DNA of 64,000 nt from Haliotis rufescens (taxonomy: Eukaryota): positions 38,192,001 through 38,256,000 of the forward strand of contig NW_025964001.1 of assembly GCF_023055435.1 (NCBI RefSeq), in the 5' to 3' direction. Each line of letters begins with the position of its first letter. Within the stretch, counting starts at the first letter, position 1. Positions 24,316 through 36,890 of this stretch are shown piece after piece. Below the pieces are notes generated by a model. It did no database searches and was not told where the DNA came from. It was given only the letters and a program-made list of their open reading frames with translations. Both the position numbers and the translations under genes were made by a program.

Positions 24316-27300
24316 CTTGTATATAGTTGTAATGATATTGCAAATAGTAATAATTTGCTGTCAATTTCTTCTGCAGTATCCATTGTACTGTAGCATAATC
24401 CAAATATTGCCAAAAGCTTTATTTAAAATTTTATTCTCTCTCATCATAACCAAGAAGAATATTGTCAGCATTACTTAACTGAATTTGATATGTAGTAATT
24501 GTGAGTACTAATTAGTCCAAATATCAAACATGTCTTATAAGCATTCAGTTCTGTCAAATAAGTGTCAGTAGCAGATATATACTGTCATATATCATGTATA
24601 TTGCGTGAGTAGCAAGTGGTTATAGCATTGCATATATTATAAGTCAATGTTAAGCTATATGAAATTCATTGTAGAGGTATATATTTGAGCTGTTGTCATC
24701 TCTGATTTGGGTTGCTAATCTGGTAACCTCTCGATGTTGGCACTAAGTGTACAAAATAGATGGATATATGGCCAGAAACACAGCGCACAGATACGCTGTT
24801 CCTCAGTTCCAATGAAGACACAAGAATTAACTGATGAAAATATATTCGTGTTTTGTTTACATTAATATATGAGCGCAAATGTGCTCACGCTGTCATCTCT
24901 GATGACGTCACGTTCCCCAGCATAAGAAAAGACGTCATCACCATGTAGCTTGTGATTGTTATGAATAAGTCAGTGTTCAAACCAAACATCTTTTCTTGGT
25001 GTTCCTCCCAGTTTAGGTACAGGTCATATAGGTCTTCAGCAAACCATGCTTGCCGTAAAAGGCAATTCTGGTTGTCGTAAGAGGCGTGATATATAGTCTT
25101 ACAAATACACTACATATTGCATTAGAATAATGCTGATATAACAGAGTAATTACAGTGACCATGATAATATGCATATAATGAGAAGTTAGTTACGCTTACA
25201 GTAATGATAAAAGAGCATGTGGTCCAGCGATATTCTATGAAATTCCCACTACTCTCACCAACTATGCAACCTGTGAAGATCCGGGGTAGAATAGGTCTTC
25301 AGCAACCCATACTTGCTGTAAAAGGCAACTATACTTGTCATAAAAGGCGACTAACGGGGTCGGGTGGTCAGACTCGCTGACTTGGTTGATGCATGTCATC
25401 GATCCCAATTGTGTGGATCGATGTTCATTATATCAATTACTGGATTGTCTGGTCCAGACTAGATTATTTACAGACCGGCATCATATATCATATAAACAAA
25501 CAAACAAACAAACAAACATACAAACACCAACTATGCAGAGAAAAGCACCTGATAGTGTTCAAGATGTGTATTGCACTGATGAAAACTAGTCAAATATGAT
25601 GAATAGCAAATTACAATCATATCACATTCGCGGACAAACAATACTATATGCTTGCAAGATTGATTTGCTACCATGCCTTGTGATTTTCTTCTCAAAACCC
25701 TTCTTCAAGACATCGTTAAACTTCTGTTTACAGTATTAAGCATAACCCTCCAATTAAATTAGAAAAACATAATTTTATGTCAGCAGCAAATGGATTTCCT
25801 CACAAGTCTGCATTGTGATAAGCTAATAATAATGCTAAGTAAGGATAAGATATATGGATGAACAACTTCTTTATTACAATTTGTTCATCCATATATCTTA
25901 TCCTTACTTAGCACTCCAACTTCTAAATCCCTCTCAAAGAAGTACAGTAATAGGTAATGCACTCAAATTCTCTCATCTCGATTATGCTGACATTAGTTTA
26001 GCAACAAAATCTGAATGTACAACACATGGTCTCTGAATGATGGCAGTTTATCATACCAGTACTCGTCAGTTCTACAAAACATACTGTACGGTGCTCATTG
26101 GTTTGAAAAAAATGTGTCTTGTACTCGTCAATTCTGATAATGACAATTACTGTACTCATATTGTTGAAAAATTCACTTTTTGTAAATAGTGAGTGAGTGA
26201 GTGAGTGAGTGAATGAATATGGTGTTATGCAGCTTTTACCAATAGTCTAGCAATATCACAGTGGGGACACCAGAAATGGGCTTCACACATTGTACCCATG
26301 TCAGGGATCGAACCCTGATCTTCAGCTTAACGAGCAAACACTTTAACCATGTTAACCACTAGGTTACTTGATGGCCCTTTTGACAGTAACTCGTGATAGT
26401 AACAGCCTAACACTTGGTAATATTACCGGTACCCCAAATCACCTCATATAATTTCTAATAGCTATTGCAAATTTTAGATATACCTACCTTGCATTTATGT
26501 CTTACAATTAAAGCGGAGCCATTATTGAATATTGACATTAAGCCTTTCTACTTAGGGATTGCATGCCGAAAGTTTACGACAGTAATGGTACGTCACAAAA
26601 GGTTTATATGTTGTCATCACTGAAAGCGCTCAACATTTGAGCATGACATCCATTATGGAAAAGTGTAATGCAAATGGAATATTGATGTTGTTGTTGTTGT
26701 TGTTGTTGTTGTTGTCTCTGCTTGGGCATGTCTGATCTTGTTAAACATATTATTTGACATTGTGACAATTTGAAACCTTGGAGTGGGCAATGAGGGCAAT
26801 TTAGAATTGATTATTGGCAAGATGGTAGTCGTTAATTATGGGTGTATGCACGTCCTTAACCAGGTGATCATTAAGTGCCTAAACATTATATCTTGTTATG
26901 ATGATCAAGTGGTCATCAGGTAAATGTGTTAAAGAATAGCTGGACTGTTTGTCAGCCCCAATAACCATGGCAACACAATTCATGTTATTCAAAGAATTTT
27001 GTTTGGACTGGATTGTAGCACAGGATTCTAGAAAGAATACATCTTTGGTCCGCGCCTTACGCCCTAGTGCTGATCAGTATTTGTTGTTGAATTTGGTGAA
27101 TCCCAAGTTAATGTAACAGGGATTTATCTGTGAACTAAGTACTCTTGGCAAGGAAATTGGGGAAACATCCTTATTTTGTTTGCTATTAGAATATTTTTAA
27201 AGTTTTTATTTTCCTAACTTCGGGGGTATTTTAACATTGCATTCTTTGCAATAATGAAAAACTAGGCATCAATGCCTCTTTCTCTAATTGGTCCTGTTAT

Positions 27301-29700
27301 CTGTGGTATACAAGTCACCCCCTAAAAGCCATAGCATTTGTTTTGACTTTATTAACAGAAACTAAATTTTTGTTTCTCCAGTTTTGGGTATTTTTAACTG
27401 ACATGGGTCTGAAATTCATGTTGATCATGTCCGGTCAAAATTTAAGAATGTCCGGACAGAAAAATTTAAATGTCCGGTAAGCAATATTTTAAACCGGACA
27501 TTTGAGATTCCCAATCGGACATGTCCGGCGCATATGACGGTTTCCGGACCCCTGGTCTGAATATCAGCCTTTGAGCAGGTCTTTATCTTTGTTGATAACC
27601 TCTGTGTATACAATGTATACAATTGTGTGCTGATCCTAATTATGATTATTACCGTATATTATTATTAATATAAAATAAGTGTGAATTATTACACATATAT
27701 ACATTAACAGTCAATATGTGTTTATGGTTACATGTATACATACACTTACATACTGTCCTATTTGACCTACAAAACCAGAAGTCCAGGGGACCCCCAATAA
27801 TTAATTTCAAGGGTCATTAATGTGACATGTATGAGGCTCCTGTAAAGTAATGAAACTGTGGTGTAGTGCACTGTAAGATTTGATAATTACTTTACCTCTA
27901 TATTTCTTGTCATGAATTGGGAACAAGAATACTTTTTGTGTCCCTCGAGGGTCGCCAAGTTGTCTAAGGCGCCGCGATTTGCCAGAAACCTATGATTGTG
28001 GGTTCTAATCCTGGTTCGCCCCGATTATGTCTCTAGGTTTGTCAGCACCATACCCGTGCTAGTGGGTTTCACCGAAGTGGTAAACGTCTTAGACCTGCAT
28101 CACTTCGGGCTTTCCTCCCACATTAAGCTGACACGCCGTGATATAACTGGAATACTGTTAAAAGCAGCGTTAAACCCAACTCACTCACTCACTCACTCAC
28201 TCACTCACTCACTCACTCACTCACTCACTCACTGGTATCCCTCGAGATGCTTCATTTTATTTTTTTTCTGCGTCCAATCATGTGTACTGAGTGCACTTTT
28301 CTGTGTCATGTAAAACCCCAGGTGATAAATTTATGCATTTGTTTATGAGGAAATATTCCTAATTGGGCTCTCCATAGTGTAAAGACAACGGAACTGGGTA
28401 TTTAATAACTAATACAATTCTTAATTATGTTATGTGCTCATGGATATTGAGTCTGGAGTAAGGCATTATTAATTACCTAATTTGAGATTGTTGCTCACAA
28501 GTGTCTGGAGTTAGAGCTTGTTATGATCAGGTTTGTGCACATAATAGGCCCATCAACATGTGCAAATAATATTTATGTGATTGATAAATGTGCTTGAATT
28601 GATCCAATATGAATTGTATGCTTGCCCAAGGATATACATTTCATGACCCTAGTCACCAAAGATGGATGCACATGCTAAGAGCACAGGAAGCATTTCATAT
28701 GCATCACACAGGAAGCATTTCATATGCATTACACAGGGGTGACTTACTCAGTATATCTTTATGAATATGGTTATCAAAATATTGCTGTTTAAAGATTTCG
28801 GGAGCTAATGTTCTTTGAATCCTGGTCATGGTTTAAATAGGGCACAGCACTCGGACCCTGGTGTCTTATCATTGAAATGGTAAGCTTAACTAACCATTTC
28901 AACGATTATACAATTATACACCATGTCCTTGTGCTCACTCACTCACCCACCCACCCACCCACCCACCCACTCACTCACTCACTCACTCACTCACTCACTC
29001 ACTCACTCACTCACTCACTCATTTTTCCCTTGCACTATGAAGCAATATTCTGAATCACAATTTTGATTAATACATCAAGTGATTCATGTACGATCAGGGA
29101 CCTTGAAACAGTCTTATTTTATTTCCTGATAGGAATTATATTTCTCCTCCTTCCTGTGTCATTGACTCATGTGAGAGATCGCCACAGACCAAGGGGTAGA
29201 CACTATGGGATAACATATCCTCTCCACAGCTCGGACCAGTGGTTTATGTAGCAAGACTAGATTGGGCAAATAAGCAGCCCTGACAGATTTCACTAATCTA
29301 AGGACTTCAGCATCTACCCTTGGCACGTCAGCATCTGGCCTAGTAAACATGGTAATCTTTTGTTTGGTCTAGTATGCTTGGATATAAACTATCCATATAT
29401 ATCGGTATATCAACACTAAGTTCTGAAAATGATGCCACGGTGTTGACACAGACTGAGGTACTGACATTTGAATGAGTTTTCTTTGGAAGAATTTGTCTAT
29501 GGCAGTACTAGTCCCATAAAAGCTGAAATTGGGGTCACATCAGAATTGCCTGATTGTCAGTTTTCTGATGGTGTGGATATACTGTTGCTCATACTATCAA
29601 CCAGTGGTTTGTCTAGACTCCTCAGATAGCTGGAATATTGCTGACTGTGGAAACGTTCAGTCCCTAAAGAAGGATGCCTAAAAGCAGAGAAAGCCTCATT

Positions 29701-30218
29701 CAATCTCATTAAAATCAGATCTTAGTTCTCGCTACCACTAAACAAAGATCTGAGAACACCCCATTACGGGTCACGTAAGACTGACCTTCGTGAACTTGGA
29801 CCGACCAGTGGAATGACTGAAGAAGTCTACATTAGCCAATCAGAAGGCGACTTTCTCGTGCTTTAATTTTAATTTCTCGTGCACTAATTTCAACTGGCAA
29901 CTACGCTTCGAAACTTTTTTTGACAAATTCTCAATTAAAAATTTGAAACCTGAAGAAAAGAACATTCTGGAATGGCTAATAGATGGTTTAGATTGTATGG
30001 ATTCAGTCGTTAAGCCCATAACTATCGTTTGGAATATAGAAAATAAAGTTTTCGAGGTTGCATGATTAGAAATCACATTCCGACTGTCACTTTCATGATC
30101 TGGTAAGCCTCGCTCTGATTGGTCAGATGAAAGGTCATTCTGACGTGATCCCTAATGGGATATCCTCAGATCTTAGTTTAGTGGTAGCCAGAACCAAGAT
30201 CTGATTTTTATGAGATTG
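29701..30218. mobile_element. MITE with long (~75-bp) imperfect TIRs
   Basis: caatctcattaaaatcagatcttagttctcgctaccactaaac... / ...gtttagtggtagccagaaccaagatctgatttttatgagattg; related end fragment at ~36670-36696. Confidence 0.8.
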
Positions 30219-31066
30219 GTTACTCATCATGATCATGTTTAGCAGTAGCTAATCTTTGGTTCATGCAAGTAGAAAATAGATTCACTGAAAGTTATTGTTG
30301 CCTACGTCAGGCTTCATCAGCTCAGTATTGTGATTCATCCCACAGATGTTCTCTCCAAAGGATTTTAAACCAAAGTATTGTTCTTGTTCTGAACAGGAAG
30401 AAAGAATGGAGGATCCTTACACAGTATCAATGTTGCAAAAAGCCCTTTTGTAGAAGAACAAGCTTATTCATGATGTCACTTCACCATTTTTTTAAAAGGT
30501 CGTGGCAGATTGTGTCAATATAATGGTTGCAATATGACAACCGCCAGTAAGCACTGTACAGCCCAGTAGTTCACACCAGCCGTTGCAGCACTAATGATGC
30601 TAATTGTTCCTCGAACCCCATGTTTATGGAACAAAGTTTGCATGACATTTATTGCCTAACTCCGAGCCCTATATAAATATCCTTGTTATTTTACCTGTAG
30701 AAAAAGGTGCTGTAGTTTAGCTCCTGTGTGGTGTGTGTCAGTCGAAGTGTGTGTGGACATGATCTAGCTCAACACAGGTGTCAACAGTAAACATGGTAAA
30801 CACCGCCAGGCCTTGGCACTGTGCGCTTGTATGCACTCCTATGTACTAAGGGCAAAACTAAGGGGAGAATCTCTCTCTCTTTCTCCCTCTCTCTCTCACT
30901 CATTCTTTCTTTGTTTCTCATTCTCTCTTCATACCTGATTACATTGAGGAGAATCAAGTCATATATATCTCTCACACTCTCTCTTGCTGTCTTACATAGC
31001 TGATTACAATGAGGAGAATCAAGGGACCATTCTCTCACACACACTCACTCTTTTCTCTCTCTTTCT

Positions 31067-31105
<39 letters not shown>

Positions 31106-31529
31106 CCTTTCACTTTAACCTCAAATTCTCCTCTCTCTCTCTCTCTTTCACATTTCTGCTGACATTGAATTTTTTTATTGACCGACATTTCTTTCTGAAA
31201 CTTTCGACTGATTAATGTAGACTTGACAGTTGCAGATGAATGTGTGGCCTCTCATTCCCGGGGGAAATTTTACTTTCGATGTTAAGTGAATTAGTGCTTC
31301 AAGATTTGACAGTGCAAAACATCCTGGCTATAACAAGAAGAATGTTTGATTTTCTTGAGACAACATCATCTGGGGACAAAATGTTCACCTGCTGAGTCTT
31401 GGTCTTAGTTTATGATTCAACATGATCTGGACTTTGCTATAAATCATTGAAAGCTCATGGGATAGGGAAGTTTATCACTTGATTAATAAAACAAGTTTTA
31501 CTCACAGGGTAAGAATGTGAAAACTGTTC

Positions 31530-32331
31530 CCTAAAAGGGCAGGGGTGTTCAGCAATACCACAGAATTCCGTCTGTCCTCCTGTCTGTCCGTCCTTCTGAG
31601 GACATTTTATGTTTTTGTGCGACCTATAACTTGAAAACTACTACAGAGATTCTTTCAAACTTTAACAATTTTGGAACCTTAAGCATGTTAAGGAGAGGTG
31701 CAGTGTGAAGTTCTATTTCAATATTTGAATTTATTTGGAAAAAGACAGCTTTTTTCATTTTTTTACTGAAACTTTTTTGCAACCTCTAACTTCGAAACTA
31801 CTGTATGGATTCTTTTTCAAATTAAGGGAACAGTTTCCGTACTAGTGGAAGAGGTGCAGTGCAAAGTTTAATTTTGATATTTGTATTTACTAAAAAATAT
31901 ATGATTTTCTTCATGTTTAAAACTTAATTTTTTTACTTTAACATTTAAGCGACCTATAACTTAAAAATTACTCAATGGATCAGCTGTGGATTCTTTTTCC
32001 AATTGTGGCTACAGTTTCCATACTTATAGCAGAGGTGCAGTTCAAAGTTTAATTTTGATACGTGTTTTCTGAAAACAATATGATGTTTTTCGTTTTGTTA
32101 ACTTAAAATATATTTTTACTTCAACATTTGAGCAACCTCTAACTTATAAACTACTTCATGGATTCTTTTTCCATTTGGGGGTTACAGTTTCTATACCAGT
32201 AGGAGAGGTGCAGTGCAATTTGATTTTGACAAGTGGATTTTCCGAGAAAAAAATGCCTTTTTCATGTTCATGATGTTTTAAACTTAGAAATATGTTGAAG
32301 TTGAGGGTATTAGTGAGCCCAGCTCACTTTT
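31530..32331 (+). mobile_element. Helentron/HINE-like element with an internal ~160-183-bp tandem array
   Basis: (ccgt/ctgt) microsatellite at ~31568-31593; four units starting gc(g/a)acct(a/c)taactt at ~31619, 31779, 31949 and 32132, each with agaggtgcagt; 3' hairpin agtgagc-cca-gctcact followed by T-run (~32313-32331). Confidence 0.65.
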
Positions 32332-33498
32332 CATGTTGCTTTATTATACAGTCTAGCTATAAACTCAAATCTGACTATAGGAAGTATTTTCAGCCTGAGA
32401 AGGAATTATCAACCAAGTGGGATGTATACACAAATTGTTCTGCTACTATCTGACTATATGAAAGTGATATAATTTTCTAGCTATAAGTCTCTTCTTCAAA
32501 GATAATAGAAGCAATGTTATTGGCATTGTTATGTGTCGATTCGCAAATTGAAACAATATCTTCACCCAGAAATCTGTACACAAAAGAACCTAGTGTGAAA
32601 CCAAGAAGTGGTATACAATCAACAAATGTGTTACAAAGATACACTAGGTTTATAAATCAATACAATGCATGGCAATTACAATGGCAGTACGTGGTAGTAC
32701 AATATTCATTGATGATATAACATGATGGCAGTGGTCAGTATCAAATACAAAAATACAATGGTGATAGCAAAAGTCAGTGGTAAAAATATATATTCACCGA
32801 GCGGCGACAGTGGTCAAGCTTCCATGATGGGTAAGGTAGGGAATCAGGGATGATGAGCGATCCTCACATTAATGCTGGTTTGGAAGTGATGGACTGCATG
32901 AGAGATGATGTATGGGAGAGATACGTAAACACACTCTTGTTCCACTATATGTACAGCCTAACAAACTACTGGAAGTTTCCATACAGTTCCCTCACAACAT
33001 AAAACATTACAGAAATTTCCATAACATACTATCACCGTCCACGGTATTCCGCTGTATACTGGAAAGGTAGTTTACACACCACACAAGCATCTAAATATTG
33101 TAACTTCCTGATGACTGATCACTGTCCAAAAACAATGCAAGCCTCTACCGAATCTCAACCAAAAACAATGTAACACAGTTACAATCATTGTTGAAAAATA
33201 AAATACATTGCCACATAACAGCATGATTGATAAGGAATGAAATAGATAGCCCATCATACAAGTAAAAGACTTTCAGAGCAGAAATAGGCAATGAAAGTTA
33301 ATTTAGCAATAGTTTCTCTCATGATAAATGCTATAGATGATAAGATTTGGTGGCTTCATAAGAACCTATGTCAGGCTTCTCTCATTAATGAGTGATTTTG
33401 AAAAGCTTTTTTGTTACATTGGATTCATCAGTGTAGTATAATGTCATTTCTCATTAATGTCTTTGCAAAATCCCTAATTTTTACTTTTGTTTTTTCAG

Positions 33499-33523
33499 TC
33501 ACTCAAGAAAGAAAAGAGAGATG
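33499..33523 (+). CDS. Calmodulin-like gene A exon 2 (SLKKEKRD-E)
   Basis: ttttttcag|TCACTC...GATG|gtgagt, 25 nt, phase 0 to 1; joins in frame to 34529. Confidence 0.8.
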
Positions 33524-33909
33524 GTGAGTTGAAGATGAAGTTAGACGCATCAGCAGAATGTTCAATACAGTTGTACAGCATATCTCATGATATGTTTTAA
33601 CAGTGCCAAATGTCTCAGAAGACATTTAAAATTTTCAGTGAAACTGTATATCATTTTAGGTATTTAGCATGTGTTTACAGATTTGTCTAGACATGCCTGG
33701 AGGCTGATATTAGGTCCTATGTTTGCAGCAAATGACTAAAAATTCCAATTTGAATTAGAAATTTCTTAATTCCTCAGAATTTACAAATATTAGAACATTA
33801 CAAAATCAATATTTGAACACTATCACAAATTTGCACTTAGTTTGGAACCGAAGGTAAATGGTGTTAAAGTGAATTAGCAGTATTGCCACAGTTGTTGTAC
33901 CATGTACAC

Positions 33910-34300
33910 TGACCTGTGAAGGTCTATGGTAGAATAGGTCTTCAGCAACCCATGCTTGCCGTACAAGGCGACTATGCTTGTCGTCAGAGGCGACTAACGG
34001 GATCGCATGGTCAGGCTCGCTGACTTGGTTGATGCATGTCATCGATCCCAATTGCGGGGATCGATGTTCATGATGTCAATCACTAGATTGTCTTGTCCAG
34101 TCTCGATTATTTACAGACCGCCGTCATATAGCTGGAATATTGCTTAGTGTGGCGTTCAACAACAAACAAACAAACAAACAAACCTTATTGTGTGGATCGA
34201 TGCTCAGGATGACAATCACTGGATTGTCTCGTCCAGACTCGATTATTTACAGTCGCTGTCATATAACTGGAATATTGCTGAGTGTGGCATTAAAAAAAAC
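33910..34300 (+). mobile_element. SINE family B (MetaSINE-like central domain), with a duplicated 3' part
   Basis: cctgtgaaggtc...tagaataggtcttcagcaacccatgcttg...gtcgtaagaggcgactaacggg...catatagctggaatattgctgagtgtggcgtt + (aaac)n. Other copies at about 2900-3040(-), 7422-7470, 8412-8608, 13065-13280, 25030-25085, 25270-25520, 34953-35172, 60160-60245 and 63225-63370(-). The Meta-domain assignment is from recall. Confidence 0.85.
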
Positions 34301-34528
34301 AACGTGCCATGTATACCACACAAATAGGTAATAAGAGCTATGTATATTCCCTTTATGAGGATGGTGAATATTGAAAATTACAGATCAACTGTCTCAGGGT
34401 AACACTTAAGACTGGCAATGATTATGCTTCACAATAGATATGAGTAATCATTGTATAAATGTCTGTAATGTATGGCAATTTAATAATGTGATGAAGTTGC
34501 TGATGATCATTGATGACGTGTTTTCCAG

Positions 34529-34669
34529 AGCTGCAGGAAGCATTCATCATGAACCAGGGGTCCGATCAGAGGCTACCTCTCAGGATGCTTGGAGTTGTAG
34601 TCCGCTCCATCGGGTGTAGTCCATGTGAGGCAGACCTCAACAAGATCGAGAAGGACCTTTCAGGAAGAG
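34529..34669 (+). CDS. Calmodulin-like gene A exon 3 (ELQEAFIMNQGSDQRLPLRMLGVVVRSIGCSPCEADLNKIEKDLSGR-G)
   Basis: ttttccag|AG...G|gttagt, 141 nt; aligns to CaM EFKEAF...LGTVMRSLGQNPTEAEL. Confidence 0.88.
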
Positions 34670-35545
34670 GTTAGTGCTTGTCAACGATTTGTCCAGATAC
34701 AAATTTTGCATTTTGTTTTTATGTCATTTTTGGTGAAAATGCATTGCCGATTTATGTGTTGGTGGTTGGGATGTCCCTCCCTCTGGAAAGACTCCCTAAT
34801 ATGTTGTTAGCATGGTTACAGTAGCTATCCCAGAATGCATTGATAAATGAGAAATCTGTTATCATCCTGTCATATTGATATTGACTACCTTTAATCATTA
34901 TATTAATATTGCAATAAATTCCATTCAGTAAAACTCTCTGAGTCCCTTTTGAAGCCTATGCTTGTCACAAGAGGCGACTAACAGGATTGGGTGGTTTTGC
35001 TCGCTGACTTGGTTGATGCATGTTATCGTATCCCAGTTATCGTATCCCAGTTGCATAGATAGATGCCCGTGATGTAAATCTGGATTGTATGGTCCAGACT
35101 TGAATAATTTGCAGACTGCCGTCATATAGCTGGAATATTGTTGAATGCTGCTTTAAACAACAAACAAGCAAACGGACAAAATTTACACATGAAACGTAAC
35201 TAATAATGAGTGATGAAGGGATATGGTAAGCTCTGATAAAAGACGTGGTTCCAATAACGCTTAATTTAAAGGAGCTAGGTAAGTTATAACATTTGTTTGT
35301 TTGGTGTATATTTTCATGTGTGACCTTTGTTTTGTCACAAATATTGAATACCACTAGACAGAATGTCAGGAAGGGCAGTAAGAATCAGGTTCACTAGGGT
35401 AATTGGAACCACATCACTTCCAACGCCGATGGAATGATGCACTTTTGTTTCCAGGTTTTCAGTGGTGGTTCCAGAAATGTGAATACCTTGTCTGTTGAGA
35501 TGGTTACAGGAACAGTTGTGTATGTATATGTTACCATGGTTACAG

Positions 35546-35788
35546 GCGTGACGTCACTGGACTACAACCAGGTTGAACAAATTGTCTCCACCAACAGCTG
35601 GGTGCCAGAATCTCTGGAGACGCTCAAGGAAGCGTTTGCGACGTTTGACCGTGAGGGAAACGGTTTTATTCCAGCGCAGGACTTGCGGTATGTGCTCACT
35701 CACATGGGCGAGAAGCTTCGTGATGAGGACGTCGATGAGATGATCAGGGAGGTCGACCTCACTGGGGATGGACAAGTCAACTTTGAAG
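35546..35788 (+). CDS. Calmodulin-like gene A exon 4 (C-lobe: ...[55 protein letters not shown])
   Basis: ttacag|GC...GAAG|gtagga, 243 nt; strong similarity to the calmodulin C-lobe. Confidence 0.93.
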
Positions 35789-36127
35789 GTAGGATATTAT
35801 TTAGTGGCAGTTACACTGTCGCATAAATTTATATATATTTTCCCACATAGTTTTTTTCTATATTTGATTGGTTGTGTGTAAGTGACCAGTTAGTGTATTG
35901 CCCCTTGTCAAAGAAACCATGATTGACCAGAGAGTTTGATGTGATATGCTCTCCGAATCTGCCATCTTGTCTAACAACTTCAACTATACTGCAGGACTTT
36001 TATTAAGAGTGACCTATATGTATTAAAACAAAATAGGAATATGTAATAAGACATATATTTGTCAATGTAAATAAAATAGTTTATTGTAAATACATACCTG
36101 TACCTTGGAAAGAATAGGGGCTATCAC

Positions 36128-36264
36128 CAGTGCCGTAGCCAGCCGGAGGGCAGTTGCTCCCCTGGATTTTTTATAGAAAGCATTTTTCCTTGTGAAAGTT
36201 AACTTGAATAAGAAATGAATAATCTTATTTGCCCCCCTGTCCAAAAAAGTCAACTACGGCCTTG
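36128..36264. mobile_element. Small hAT-like MITE with an apparent 5-bp TSD (atcac)
   Basis: cagtgccgtag / ctacggccttg termini; atcac at 36123-27 and 36265-69. Confidence 0.55.
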
Positions 36265-36858
36265 ATCACTCAATATGAATAATGTTTGAATTTATCTTCT
36301 CGCACACTATGGATCTCTCTTTCTTCTTCGATCCTAAATGGAAAATGTACTAATACAAAGGTTTCCAGTTTCTACATAAAAACAATTCGCCTGAACACCC
36401 CTTGCATCACTTCCCAACAATCTGGGTCACGTATATTCTGCATACTCTGTAAGCATGTTGACCTATACAAGCTAGCCACATGATTTCCCAAGCCAACTCA
36501 TTCTCTTTCTTATCACCACGGTGTGATGACTTACAGAGTTGAGACTTATATATTCTTTACCTGAGGATAATTTTTAAGCCCTTGATTGTTTTCTCTCATG
36601 GTCTAGTCAAGGATGATCAAGAAGTGCGACTTCCCACTTGCAGGAGTTTTTTCACCCTCAGATCCCCACCCTCAGATCTGATTTTAATGAGATTGGAAAA
36701 CATGCATTGTGTAGTCTTTTTAACTTGAATTCTTTCAACACGGTATTGCCTTTTAGACAGTTTAAAGTGATGGTTTTGGCATTATCTGCCCTCAAATTGT
36801 CTTGATTACAGTTTCTGAGGGAACATTTTCATCAAATGTTTGCTTTATTTTCTTTCAG

Positions 36859-36890
36859 GTCTCTCCAAGTCCTTGTTATCATACATCTGA
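36859..36890 (+). CDS. Calmodulin-like gene A last coding exon (G-LSKSLLSYI*); 147 aa total
   Basis: tttattttctttcag| acceptor, phase 1; gives a calmodulin-length product; ATTAAA at 37375 and AATAAA at ~37633 downstream. Confidence 0.65.

Noticed and set aside
35434-35826. ORF-track 130-aa protein read as a single-exon EF-hand gene
   Set aside because: Only 35546-35788 is exonic; the flanks are intron read-through. The same applies to 48595-48852 and 49413-49625.
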